Source: Vitrella brassicaformis CCMP3155 (taxonomy: Eukaryota > Protista > Chromerida). From it: a DNA stretch of 64,000 bases. Shown piece after piece: positions 49,772 to 61,900 of the stretch. Position 1 is the first letter of the stretch, and each line of letters opens with the position of its first letter. The notes beneath the pieces were generated by a model. It saw nothing but the letters and a program-made list of their open reading frames with translations, searched no databases and had not been told where the DNA came from. The stretch covers positions 33,513-97,512 of the forward strand of contig CDMY01000370.1 in NCBI GenBank assembly GCA_001179505.1, given 5' to 3'. The position numbers and the translations under genes are program-made.

Positions 49772-52700
49772 ATGAGGAGGATGGGAAGGCGGAAAGGCAT
49801 GGTCAGCCTGCTGCTCATCGCCTTGTCGTGCTTGTGCGGGCTCGGGGCCGTGACGGGAGCCATCAACGCCAACCTCCCCTCCCTCGCCAACACTACATGG
49901 AACTGGCTTGGTGGGTGCAGAGAGCCTAAACACACAGACTCCCTCCTGCTTTGCAACACTGTGCTCTGTGGGATGTGTGCTGCTGGTAGGTCCGTTTCCT
50001 GCGACCACGGCTGGCATCGGCGGTGATGTACTGGAGGCGTTCGGCGGCATCAAGGCAGCGCTGGAGGACCTCAAGGCAGGGAGGGACGTCCTGTGTCCGA
50101 GCGACATAACGCAAGGGGGGTACGCCAACTGGTCCAACACCACGTCGGGCGAGGACGGGTTCGTGCAACTCAACTACTCGATGGTCGACTTCGACGCACT
50201 CAACGATGTATGGATGTATGCTTGTCCGCAGACAGAGAGATGCAGACACACACACACACAGAGAGAGGGAGAGGTAGAGTGCCTGATGGATGGACGGATG
50301 GATCACATACATGTGTGTGTATGTGTGTGTATGCAGGCGTTGGGTCCTGCGGCGTACAGCGTCAAGAGCTGGGCGGTGGCCAACTTCGAGGTGCCCGACG
50401 TGGGCGAGACCGGCAGCTACCTCATCACATGCGGGGGCGTGTCGTCATTCTACATCGTAACCAGCGCCACAGACTGACACACACAGACACGCAGAGCGGA
50501 TCTGTGCTGTCCGGCCAGCCAGTCGAGAGCCCTTGATTGAGGGGTCTGGTCTGTGCTTGATTTGATTTGTGTGTGGTGTGTATCTGTCCGTCTGTCTGTC
50601 GTTAGGATGGGCACCGTCTGTCTGGTGACGTCTATGCCCTTGGGTGGTGGTGGAACGGTGACAACAACATCCTCAACGGCGAGTGGCTGCTGCAGGCCAT
50701 CCAGCTGGAGCCAGGCACACACACCATACTGGTAGACAGACAGACAGACCAACAGACCAGCAGACCAACCGAGAAGGTTTGTGAATCACGCCTCTGTGTT
50801 GTGTTGACCAGTTGAGCGCCCGGTTCTCGTTCAAGTGCATGTTCATCGACCCGGCCGTCCACCTCACCCCCTCATACGACACCATGCCCGAGGTCTTCGT
50901 ACCCAAGCGGCACCAAGAGGAGGAGGACGAACAAGGAAAAAAGAAAAAAGACGAGGAGGAGTGCGAGTGCAAGGCAAAGGAGGAAACAGAGGGAAAATCG
51001 GAGGGGGACAGCAAAAAGGAGAGGGGAGATCAGAAGGGCAAGGCCCACACCGACACCCCCTCCAAGGCCAAGGCGGCGGGCAAGCTGTCGTCATCAGACA
51101 TCCATATGGTGTCAGCCGCTACTGAGGGGCCGCTGGACATCTCCGCCTATGCGGCGTCGGCGAGCACCAGACCAAGGCCAGCGGGGGACAGGGCCACAGA
51201 GCTGCTGCATGTCAAGGAGGCCGACGCTCTCAGCCTTCCAGGTGGGTGGATGACTGAGTGAGTGAGTGACCCACCACGCACCAATACCCATAGCACGCCA
51301 CAGCACAACGCACCGTTTGACTGTCTGTGTGCAGGTCGATCATCCAACCACACGTCACCCCCGATTGTCTTGTCGACCGCGGCATTGAGGAAGGACGGCG
51401 AGAGGAAGGGCGGAGGCGTCATCGCCCGCAAGACACAAAAAGGAGTCAAGGTCGACAATCTTGTCATCATGGTCAGCCCACCAAATCTTACTGCTACGTG
51501 ACGTCTGTCCATCCATCCATCCATCCATCCGTGTGTGTGCATGCGCGCGTGTGTGTGTGTGAGTGTGCAGCGTCTCCTGGGCGAATTTGACATTCCCAAG
51601 GCGCATGCGCCGGGCCTGTGTTTCCATGTCCCCGACATAGTGGAGGGCCGGCTGGCCTCGCCCTACCTCATGCTGCCCCTCCTCAACGCGGCAACGGCCA
51701 CCGCATTCGACGTGCGAGTCAAGACCACTAAGGTGCGCCAGGTGGAAGTGACCTACATCGACAGCAAGAACCAGACCAGCAACGACACGCAAAAACAGCA
51801 AAAGGCCACAGAGCTGACAACAAAAGACAGAGATGAGGACAAGGGCCAGGACAGCGATAATGAGAAGAAGGGCGATGATGATGATGATGGCCGTTCGCCT
51901 CCGGTTGAGAAGGAGAAGAGGGTGCGGGTCCATCCCTTCAAGGGCGACATCTCCGTGGCGGCCATCGTCGGCCCACCGCGCACCCACGGTGGCTATGATG
52001 GCGATGACTCGCGGAACCGACAGAAGGTTCCCAGTCCGGAGCTCATTCAGATCCTCCCAGGTGAGTTGAGTGGCTGACGGGCGACAGACAGGGTGAAGCC
52101 AGCCCACGAACGAAGGAAGGAACGCACTTGCCGATATATGTGTATGCGGCCGTTTGTTTGTTTGCAGGCCAGGCGTATGCGTTGGGCGTAGAGCTGTCGG
52201 TCGAGCTGTCGGAGGAGGAGGATGCAGCCCTGTGCGGCAAGAAGATCTCCACGGTGGAGGTCACCTTTGAGGTCACCGCCAGTTTCAATGACGGCAAGGA
52301 CCGCCCTGCAGCAGAATATACCCTGCCGCTGGACTGCAGGCAAGATAGTCAAATATATCAACGAATCTCCATGCCCAACCACACCACCCTCTCACATATC
52401 TCTCTCTCTCTCTGGGCCTTCCTTGCATGTGTGTGTACCCAGGAGTTTCGCCGAGCGTCAAGAGTACAGATTTACCTTCCTCGACACCGACAACAGCGTC
52501 CAGTACGCCACCATCAAGCTCCCACAAACAGACTGCACATGCCCCACCACCACCACCACCTCAACTGGCAGGAGCGGCAGCAGTGGGCAGCGAGAGGCCA
52601 CAGGAGAGCAGTTCCTGGCCATGGCCATGCAGGATGAGGATGAGGATGGTGGTGAGGATGGTGGCTGCAGCTGCAACGTGCTGGTGGCGCTGCACGGTGC

Positions 52701-55700
52701 GAGTGTGGACGCCGGCAGCAACGACTGGTACGGCGCGGTGCCCTCATTCAACAAGACATTCGTGATCTTGCCCACAAACAGAGGGTCAGCTAATTGCCTC
52801 ACAGGAGAGAGAATATAAGGGTGCATGTGAAAGATTTGTGTGCGCTTATTGCATCCCATTGACAGTGCGTACGGCTACAACTGGGAGTCTGCCGGCAAGC
52901 AGAACCTGATCTCGGCCATCCTGGCGCTCAAGCGTACCCTTCCAGGTAGGTGCCATGATGTCGACATGACTGCACTCACCTGCGCATGGCTGTCGGGTGT
53001 CCCTCATATGGTGTGGTGTCATGCAGGTGTGCCGGAGGAGAGCAAGGCATCGTTTCGCGCAGACATTGAGCGGCTGATGGTTGTGGGACACTCTATGGTG
53101 AGCGACGGTCATGTTGGGGTGGGAATCGTCAGGGGCTGGCTGACGTGCCTGGCCTTGTGTGTTGTTCCTGTCCTGTCCTGTCCTGTGTGCGTGTGATGTA
53201 GGGCGGCCACGGGTGTTTCGTTTTCAGCACGCAGTTCCCGGACACCCTTATGGGCAGCCTCTGCGCATCGTGAGCGAAACAAGAACAGAGAGGAGGACAC
53301 CACCAACACCCTCCCTGCTCATCCCTCTCTGTCTGTCTGTCTGTCTGTATGTCTGTCGCATCCACCCTTCCATCCATCCGTCTTGTCTGAACGGGCAGCG
53401 CATGGATCAAGGTAGGTGAGAGAGAGCATACGCACATCAGTCAGTCGGCGCATGTCTGTTCATTTCCACACTCGCGGCTCCCTTTCTCTGTCTGTTACCC
53501 ATCTCAGCGTGACGAGTACAGTTTCCCCACGACCAACCAGGACAGAAGCTACACCGACCGGCTGTTCCGAGCCCTCCTTGCCGCAAGCCAGCAGGCCTAC
53601 GACACCGACATCCTCTCCACCCACCTCGTCGGCATCCCTTTCCTGGGCCGCGCCGGCGGGGCCGACCTGACAGTGCCGGCATACCTCCTGCGACGGTTCG
53701 TTCGCGTGTTGAGGCAGCGGGAGTTCCAGTACACCCACAAGTACGGCAGCGGGGACATCAGGTTCGAGATGAAGAACTGGCCGGGCGCACCTGAGCATCC
53801 TGTGGTTGGCGACTCCAAGACGGTGCTCTACTCAGAGGTGGGTGGGTGCAGTAGGTGCAGTGGGTGCGGTGAAGGTGATGGGAGAGGGAACAGATGGACG
53901 ATGTGTGTGCAGGTCCCTGGGGAAGGCCATTGGTGGGGCGAGGTGGTCAGCGCCCAGGATCTGACGCCTTACTATGAGGCGGTGCTCAAGGATGGGCAGG
54001 GCGGCACCGAGCCGCTGCTGCGCGAGTGGACGACCACGACGCCGAATGTGGGCGTGACTATGAGCGGCAAGAACGGCCTCGTCATCCTGCAGACGTTCCG
54101 CCCCCACCAGCAGGCGACGATCCATGCCACCCTGGAGCCTCCGACTCTCGACAGCCAGGAACCGAAGACCTGGACACTCAAGCTCAAGACCCACAACGTA
54201 CGTGAGACAGCAGACAAGGGGAGCAATGAGAAAGAAAGAAAGAAGCGACTCAAGATGTTTGTCTGTCTGTGGGTCTGTGGGTCGGCAGGTGCGTCGGTTC
54301 GGTCTCAAGGCCAACATGCTTCAGCTCGTAGGAATAAATGCATCACCACCGCACAACATCAACCGAGAAGCCGGTCTGCATCTTGTGTTGTCTGTCTGAT
54401 GTCGTCAGCTCTCCCATGGACGGGACACCTCGTTCTCAGCAGAGGACACCCTCTACCTCCTAGTGGACGACCATCCCATCCCCTTCAAAATCGCCAACAT
54501 CGGCCCATACCTCCTTCCCCAAGCCCACCTCTGCACATCCTCCAGCGGCTGGGACAAGTGCGACGACTCCTGGTGGTCCACTGAGCGCAACGTGGCCAAT
54601 GCCGGGCCATTCGGTGAGATGATGGCTCAGGGGGCCGTGGCGGTCATCTACCCCAGGGTCAAGACGGAGGGCGTGAGTGAGGAGGAGAGGGAGGGTCGCG
54701 AGAAGCTGGCGTCGGCGGCCTTGAGCATGGCCAACAGGCTGTTCACTGTGGGCAAGTATGGGGTGCTGCTGTTCGACGATGAGACTGCGGTGAACAAGAT
54801 GGAGCTACTGGCGGAGCACCGGGTGTCATATGTGGTGCTGGGATCACCACCTCAGAACACATGGAGCGACAAGTACGCCAACGAGCCAGCCACAGTAGAA
54901 GGGCAGTATATACTGTACCCATTTGTCTATCTGTTTGTGTGTGCCGTGTCTGTCTGCAGGTATTGGGAACGGTCGACGCTGGGCAGGTCGCTGATCGGTT
55001 TCTCTGTGGATCATCTGTTTGTGGGGACGAGCAAGTTCACCGAGCCGGACATCGGTCTGGTGGCCCTGGCGTCTGTCAACGTCACCGACTCATCATCATC
55101 ATCATCATCCCCCCCACGGAGAAGGAGAGCTCAGGCCGGGGAGGGCGAGGGCTCCTCGTTTCGCCACCACCCGTTCTATCCCTGGTGTCAGGACACGGAG
55201 TCGCTCACACCGGCGTGCAACACACCCGATCTCCACGGCATGGTCATTGCTGCAGGTCAGTGAGGGAGTGAGTGAACGAGCCGACAAGTGACACACACAC
55301 ACATATGCATTGGGGCGATCGCATTGATGGATGCATTGATTATACGGGTGCTTCCATCCCGTGTGTATGTGTGTGCAGGCACCACTTGGGAAGGCACTCT
55401 GCTGGCGTCCGAGCAGCTGCCGTACACCCAGATGGACTGGCTTGTCCTCGACAAGCGCGTCAACTGGCAGGGATACGCCCTGTGCGGCGGGTACTTCGCC
55501 TACGACTGGTCCTTGAGCGCTCTCAGCAGCATGCCCTGTCCCTCTGAGGGTGAACATGAGTCGCCCATTCTCTCCCTCATGGGCCTGCGGGAAGACGATA
55601 TGAGGACGGCGGTCGCTGAGAGTAGGAGAAAGGCCAATGTGACGACAGACGGTGTCGATAAGGACGGGGGGAGGAAGAGTGCAAGCGCGGGGGGCTCGGC

Positions 55701-55725
55701 GCAGAGGACGCTGGGCGTGGCCTAG
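49772..55725 (+). CDS. Large secreted alpha/beta-hydrolase (S9/esterase-like) protein; about 15 exons
   Basis: Signal peptide MVSLLLIALSCLCGLGAVTG. LVALHGASVD, PTNRG..GYNWE, nucleophile GHSM|GGHG, Asp motif GGADLTVP, His motif GEGHWW. Confidence 0.8.
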
Positions 55726-56302
55726 ACTCACTGGATGGGATGGCGGGGTGCTTTGCGTGCCCTTGTGTGTATGCTGTAGATATGCATGCATGTATGTGTA
55801 GTTCATAATTATTGAGATTATGGGTGGATGGATGGATGGCATTAAGTGTGCGGCACATCGCGCATGATGGTGACCATACTAATTGACTGACTGAATTACT
55901 GGATGGATGACTGACACAGATGGCCGGCCGGCCGACGGACGGACGGACGGACGGCGCTTTTGTGGCTTGGGATGGCTGGCTGGCTGGCTGTCCTTATCAC
56001 CTGTCGGCTTTCGATCGAGGCAGCAAGGCCCCTTCACACAAAGGCAGGCAGGCAGGCACGGCAAAAGGCTGGGGCCTCGAATTCGTACAATTCACTCCGT
56101 GTATGTCCATGTGCATGTCCATGTCCATGTCCATGTGCATGTATCTATAGCAAAGTAGCCTTCATGTACCCCTGACTGACACAGTCACTCGCTGCATGCA
56201 TGGTTAATGCTCTCGTGTATCTGCCTGCCTGCCGCCCTCTCACGAAATGTCCCCCCCGCCCCCTCTGCTTGACATGACCACTCCCTCCCGCGTCATGTCA
56301 TG

Positions 56303-57008
56303 TCATGTAGGTGGCGAGTAGAACAGATACTCCGGCTCCTGCTGCCCTTTCCCCTTCGTCTTTTTCTTTTTCTTCCCCTCCTCCATGGGGGGCTTCTTCC
56401 GCACGGTGCGGAACTCGGTTTTGTCCGGGTTGTCCCTCAGTGTGGTGCGATAGACGTACCCCTGCTGCTGCGTCTCCTCGTCCTTCTCGGCATACACCGC
56501 CCCGCCGCCCACCTTGATGATCGGGTGGGCGTTCTTCATCTCCTGCGGCACCGGGGCGTTGGCAATGCCGGGCTCCAGGTCCTCCGGCTCCATCGCCCGC
56601 CGCAGCTCGCGGACGTGCTGGCAGAGGGTGCACTGCCAGCAGCAGCAGCTGTTGAACATGTCCTGCGCCTCCCAATACTCATACCTAAAGGCCCCACGGC
56701 CGCCACACACATCATGTGTTCGATCTCCCTCTCTCTCTCTCTCCCCGAATTTAATGTGCTCACAATGCACCGCATGGCTTACCCTACCCGAGGTGTTCTC
56801 TGATGGTTTGGCGGACGTTGTAAGTGGCGAATGCGGCGACGAGTGGGAGGGATGCCTCGACACAGTCCCAGGTGAGGCAGGGGCGTGCATCGATGTCGGC
56901 CTTGGTCCAGGCCTGCAGCAGGCAGGGGCAGCAGCAGCCACACAGACAGCTGCGGGTGTCACGGTGGCAGTAACACAGAGGCTCCCTGAAATTAGATACG
57001 TGGAACAT
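56303..57008 (-). CDS. PLAC8-family cysteine-rich protein; 2 exons
   Basis: FREPLCYCHRDTRSCLCGCCCPCLLQAW...RQTIREHLG|YEYWEAQDMFNSCCCWQCTLCQHVREL. The start could be 57008 or the in-frame ATG at 57107. Confidence 0.8.
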
Positions 57009-57105
57009 CGACTCGGAGACTGGAACCCGTGCAATGCAGCCCCCACAAAGCCCCCAGTCTCGAGATGCAGTCAGGTGGTCGGCGGTCAGCGAGAAGAAGA
57101 TCATC

Positions 57106-57760
57106 ATGGCGAGTCGTCAGAAGGTGGCGTACTTGTACGACCCCGACATCGGGAGCTACTGTCGAATGAATGGGAGAAAGCGAGGATTTGCAGAAAGACA
57201 GACAGACAGACAGACAGAGACACAGAGACACAGACGGCTCTTTTCTCCCCGTGTGTTGTATTGTGTTGTATAGTGCATGTCTTGGCGTGATGTAGAAAGC
57301 CTCCTCGACGCATCAAGATGACACGCAGTGCCACTCATCGTGGCATATGAACTATACAGAAAGCTGGAGTCAGACAGCCAGACACGATGTCATCGGGGTC
57401 AGGAGGACTGGAAATGCCATGCATTATCGTGTCAGCACAAGGCGAGTGCTCCTGAGCTGGAGACGTTCCACGAACAGAACCACATCAGCTTCCTCTCGCA
57501 AATCAACCCGGAAACCACCAAGGTCACATACGCAAACACACACACACACACACACAGAGAGAGAGAGACAGAGAGAGAGTCAGTCTCAGAGAAGGATGCG
57601 CCATGCAACGTGCCATGCACGCAGGTGGACGTGTGCGTGTGTTGCTTACACTTGTCCGCGGATCAGGATTGTTGGGCCAGGGCGGCATGAGCTGACTGTC
57701 CGTTTGCACATCATCGCTTTCTCACGTTCATTGACAGCGGCCAACCAGCTGTGACCACAC
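57106..57760 (+). pseudogene. Decayed N-terminal fragment of a class I histone deacetylase
   Basis: MASRQKVAYLYDPDIGSY, RRIKMT/LIVAYELYRKLE (frameshifted), HKASAPELETFHEQNHISFLSQI, then DCP.F and AANQL* remnants. The HPM motif is deleted and there are no downstream catalytic exons. Confidence 0.75.
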
Positions 57761-58261
57761 CCTGTGGACGTCTTGTTCCCATCAGAAATCAAATGCGACT
57801 GATCCGAGACATGTACTCGTGCGATTGATCGCTTGTAGTGCGACGACGGGATATAAAGTGAGGGAGGGAAGGAGGAAGAGAGACGCGTGCGTTGAGGGAG
57901 CTTTCAGACTGCGCAAGTTGGTGTTAAGTCATTGGTCTCAACATGGCCACTGGTCCCCTCAGCCACTTGACCAACACACTTGATGTCCCGACTGACTGAC
58001 CCGACCTTACATCCATCCATCCCGCCCCGCAAGAGAGAGAGAGAAAACTGCCTGCCCCTTCCTTCCATTCAACATAACAATGCATTGCATGCGCTGCACT
58101 GCACAGGTGCAGCTAGCTAGAGCTGACAAATACCATGCCAATCCATGCCTTTCTCCAGTAAGCCAATCGACCGCCAACAAGCCAGCCCCTCATCGACCTC
58201 ATTCAATTCACAAAACAAACATCATGCTCACTCTCGGTGATGAGTGGGGGACCAGGGTGGG

Positions 58262-58829
58262 TCACTTGTTCTGCCTGTCCTCCTGCTGTCTCTCTTTGGG
58301 TGGGACGTCGTCCTCGTCTTTGTCGTCATCGTCGTCTTCCTCATCATCGTCATCGTCAGCATCCTGCGCCTGCTGCTTCAACTTCTTCAAGTCCACATAA
58401 CCTGGACAGACAGATAATCGTGGCGGCCTCAGCGACATCATTGGAGCCTCCCTGCAGGCTGACCTGTCTTCTTGCGGCTCTTGACGCGCTTTTCCCGCTC
58501 CTCCTTGCGGTCAGCACTGCATCATGAGACAACATTCAAGTAGTGCATATGCGCATGGTGTCTGTGTGTTCGGGGGGAGGCCCCTGGGGCTGACTCACTC
58601 GTCCAGTGTTCATCCTTCTTGGGGTCATCCTTCTCCTTCTCGTCCATGTGCACATGGCCCTCACCTGCGTGGCAACGCAAACATACGGCATGATTTGCCA
58701 TCTGACGGCCCTCTTCATTCATTCATGGTGAGTACCTTTCTGGCCACATCCCTTGTCGTCTTTGGGAAACTCACCGACGTCAGGTGCTTGGGGAGAGTGC
58801 GTGACGGATCCTTTCTTGGTGCCGGACAT
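58262..58829 (-). CDS. Small acidic/charged hypothetical protein; 4 exons
   Basis: MSGTKKGSVTHSPQAPDVGEFPKDDKGCGQK|GEGHVHMDEKEK...HWT|SADRKEEREKRVKSRKKT|GYVDLKKLKQQAQDADDDDDEE...QNK*, with frame-consistent GT-AG splices. Confidence 0.65.
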
Positions 58830-58945
58830 GATTAGTTGCTTCAGGCGATCGGAGACTGCCAGCCCCCACCGAGCCCCCCTCGAGTGTTCCCCCTCTGTCC
58901 CCTCCCCCCCACCATACCTCTCCCCCTGCATCGAAGGTGCTATCC

Positions 58946-61900
58946 ATGAGCGGAGTGCGGAGCGCCCTGACCAAGCAGCCCACAGTAGGCATTTCTGCGC
59001 ACCATCACCCGAGAATCTCATGCATACATTCTCTTGTGCCGTTGCCGCCTCTCTTTATTTGACGTAGGTTGGGTTTGCGGTGGGTCCCAAGAGGAAGAGA
59101 AAGCACTTCCGTGAGCACATGAATGCATGCTGGGACAAGTATGGCAAGGAGGCCGTCGACGCAACTTTCCACGACCTCGAGGCAGATGGAGCCATGGCGG
59201 AGGCGATATCGAACGATGCCTTTCGCGACAAGGCAACCAAGGTGGCGAAGAAGGTGGCCACCAAGTATGGGCTGGTCGAGAAAGACTTTTTGCAAGACTT
59301 CCTGGAGCTCCATGCCCTGTCCGAAGAGCGCGCCGGCATGGCTTCTGAGAGCAGCGACGAGCTGCTGTCCACGCTATACGAGAGGTGCTACGACCCCTCA
59401 TTCGAGCAGTTCGACCTCAATCTCTTCCTGTCGGTGGTGCAAGAGCTGGGAGACGGCAGGAACGGCCCGCGGACAACAGGCGACCTGCTGACGGTCATGC
59501 AGAAGCTGAGGATCGACGTCACGGGCGGCGGGGGCGGCAAGAGCCCCTCTCACTGCACATGCCGCATCACCTTTATCCAATTCGCCTCCCTCGTGCAGCA
59601 CTTCGTCCATGGCCTGCGGTTCAAGGCCGTCACACCTGCACATGCCGGAGCAGCAACAGCAGCAGGGGGCGAGGTGGCGTTGGGGTCCTTTCCCAAGCTG
59701 GCCACTCCCAAGGAGGCGTCAGAGGCGTCAGGGAGCAGCCGGGGCAGCCCCGCACAGAAGGGCTCATCAAGCGCCGAGGACCTGTGGGCCACATTGCAGA
59801 GCGACCTGGCGGAGATGAATGAGATGAAGGGAGAGCTGCCGGAGGGCTGCCTTGAAAGCCTCCAGCGGCTGGCCAAGAACTTCCGCACATTTGTCCTCCG
59901 CTATGCTCAGGTGAGACCCACTGCCATGAAAAGCGATGTCTGATGGCCAATGTATGTCTCACGCCTACCTGTCCTGTGTGTCCATCCATGTGTCCATCCA
60001 TCAGGAGCAGAAGACGCAGATCTTTCACAACAGGGTGGTGATGGCCCATGCACTGGAGCGCAGCAAACAGGTCAGTGGAGAGAGAGAGTAGGACAACGTA
60101 CAAGCCATACATCTGTCTGTCGTCCCCGTTGCTGGTTTGGTGCAATGCAGACAGTCGATGACCTTACGGCCCGTCTGGACAGCCGTGAGGGCCTGCTGGA
60201 GCGCATTCTCAAGAGAGACCATAAACTGACCCACGTACGTGACGTGACCCTTGGTGACTTACTGGTGTAGTGTGTGTAGAGGGTGTATGTATGTGCTGTG
60301 TCTGTATCGTGTCTGTATGTCAGGAGGTGCAAAGCCTTCAGAAGTCGTGTCGGGACCTCAAACGCACATACGAGGGGCGGCTCAATCAGCTCAAGTAAGT
60401 ACACACCTAACTCCCGGTGTCATGGATGGATCGACAGCTATCTTCTGCTTTGTCTGCATGGTGCCTCTGCCTTGGTGCGACTCACGAACACAGCATAGAG
60501 TTGGATGGCCTCCGTGAGCGCAACAAGCGTCTGGGTCAGGAGCTGGAGCAGATGATACTCAAGGAAACCACTGGCCCGCAAACAGACTTCGAACCTCTGG
60601 TACGCAAATCCCTATCCGCACCGCTGCTGCTCATTGACTGACACCTATGCGTCTGTCCGCCTTTAGGCGCCCCGAGCTCCCACATCGAAAGAGATGACCC
60701 AATTGCAGGAGGTGATATAACACAGAAAGATATCAGTAGATGGCACGTCTGTCTGTCCCAGAAGCTGCACCATGCTGAAGATGAGCTCGCGAAGGCCCGC
60801 AAGGAGATCACCAGGTTCTCACATCGTTGCAGGGCGCCTGACTGCATGCACTCATGTGTATGGTATGTGTGTCACTCACTGATTGATGTAGTCTGCAGAA
60901 GCACATAGAGCAGGGGAGGGAGGGGGATGTGCCCGGCGGGATGGGCGGCACCATGGCCCCCAAGACGCCCAGGGGAGGCCCCACAAGAGAGTCAGTGAGC
61001 ACACCCACCAAGCAGAGCAAGAACGAGCTCTCGGATCAGGTACCTCTTCTCGGCAAGCACGTGTGTGTCTCTGCCTTGCCTGCCTTCACACGCCGGCCTG
61101 TCTGTTTTGTTACGTTGTGTTGTGTCGTGTCGTGTCGTGTCGTGTGGTGTTTTGTGCGCAGGTTGACGTGATGCTGAAGAAGATGGATGTGCTGATGCAG
61201 GGGGACGAGCAGAGCATCCAGAACCTCTTCAAGGGCAGCTACTTCCAGCCCTCACTCGCCACAGAACTCGACAGGGCCGTACACGTAACTAACGAACAAC
61301 AGCAACGAAGAGACACCACACCATATTTCTCTGTGCCTTCCCTTGTGACACGAAGGATTCATCTGACGAGGAGGAGCTCGAGGGCATCCCGGAAGGAGAC
61401 GAGGAGGGCGGGGAGATCGGGGAGATCGGGGGACTCGCAAAGGAGCTGCAGGACGCGGCCGTTCGGCGGGACAGCGACGCCTCCTCGGCCTTTGCCGGCG
61501 CCCCCGCCACTCGCATGGCGGCGGGGCTACTGCGGTCCGACATGAGTGTGAGCCAGATGCACCTCAAGAGCAGCACCAGCCTCCATGCTGATGGCTTCAA
61601 CCTCGACGAGGTGGGGTGGGTGAATGGCTGGCTAGTGCACATGGCCTGGAAGCGGAGCACGTGTATGTGTATGTGTTGTCGTGTCCTGTGCGGTCCATGC
61701 AGATCAACGAGGATTTGGAGCAGATGATACTGCAGCGTGTGAATCTGGCCGAGAACAACCTGATGGACTTCCAAGGCGCCTTCATGAAGGAAATCGAAGC
61801 CGCAAAAGAGGTGGGTGGAGGGGACACCGGTCCTGTATATATGAGCGGCCAGCAGCCACCATGTCTCTGTCTGTGTCTCAGGCGTCCACCCGCATCCGTG

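Noticed and set aside
57270-57310. Minus-strand GGFLHHAK inside the HDAC relic, resembling the HDAC catalytic GGLHHAK motif (possible inversion)
   Set aside because: On the plus strand this is an ordinary intron end (GTGATGTAG|, the same acceptor string as at about 53193-53201) followed by the K-P codons of the HDAC exon. No further HDAC sequence follows on the minus strand, so coincidence is the simpler explanation.
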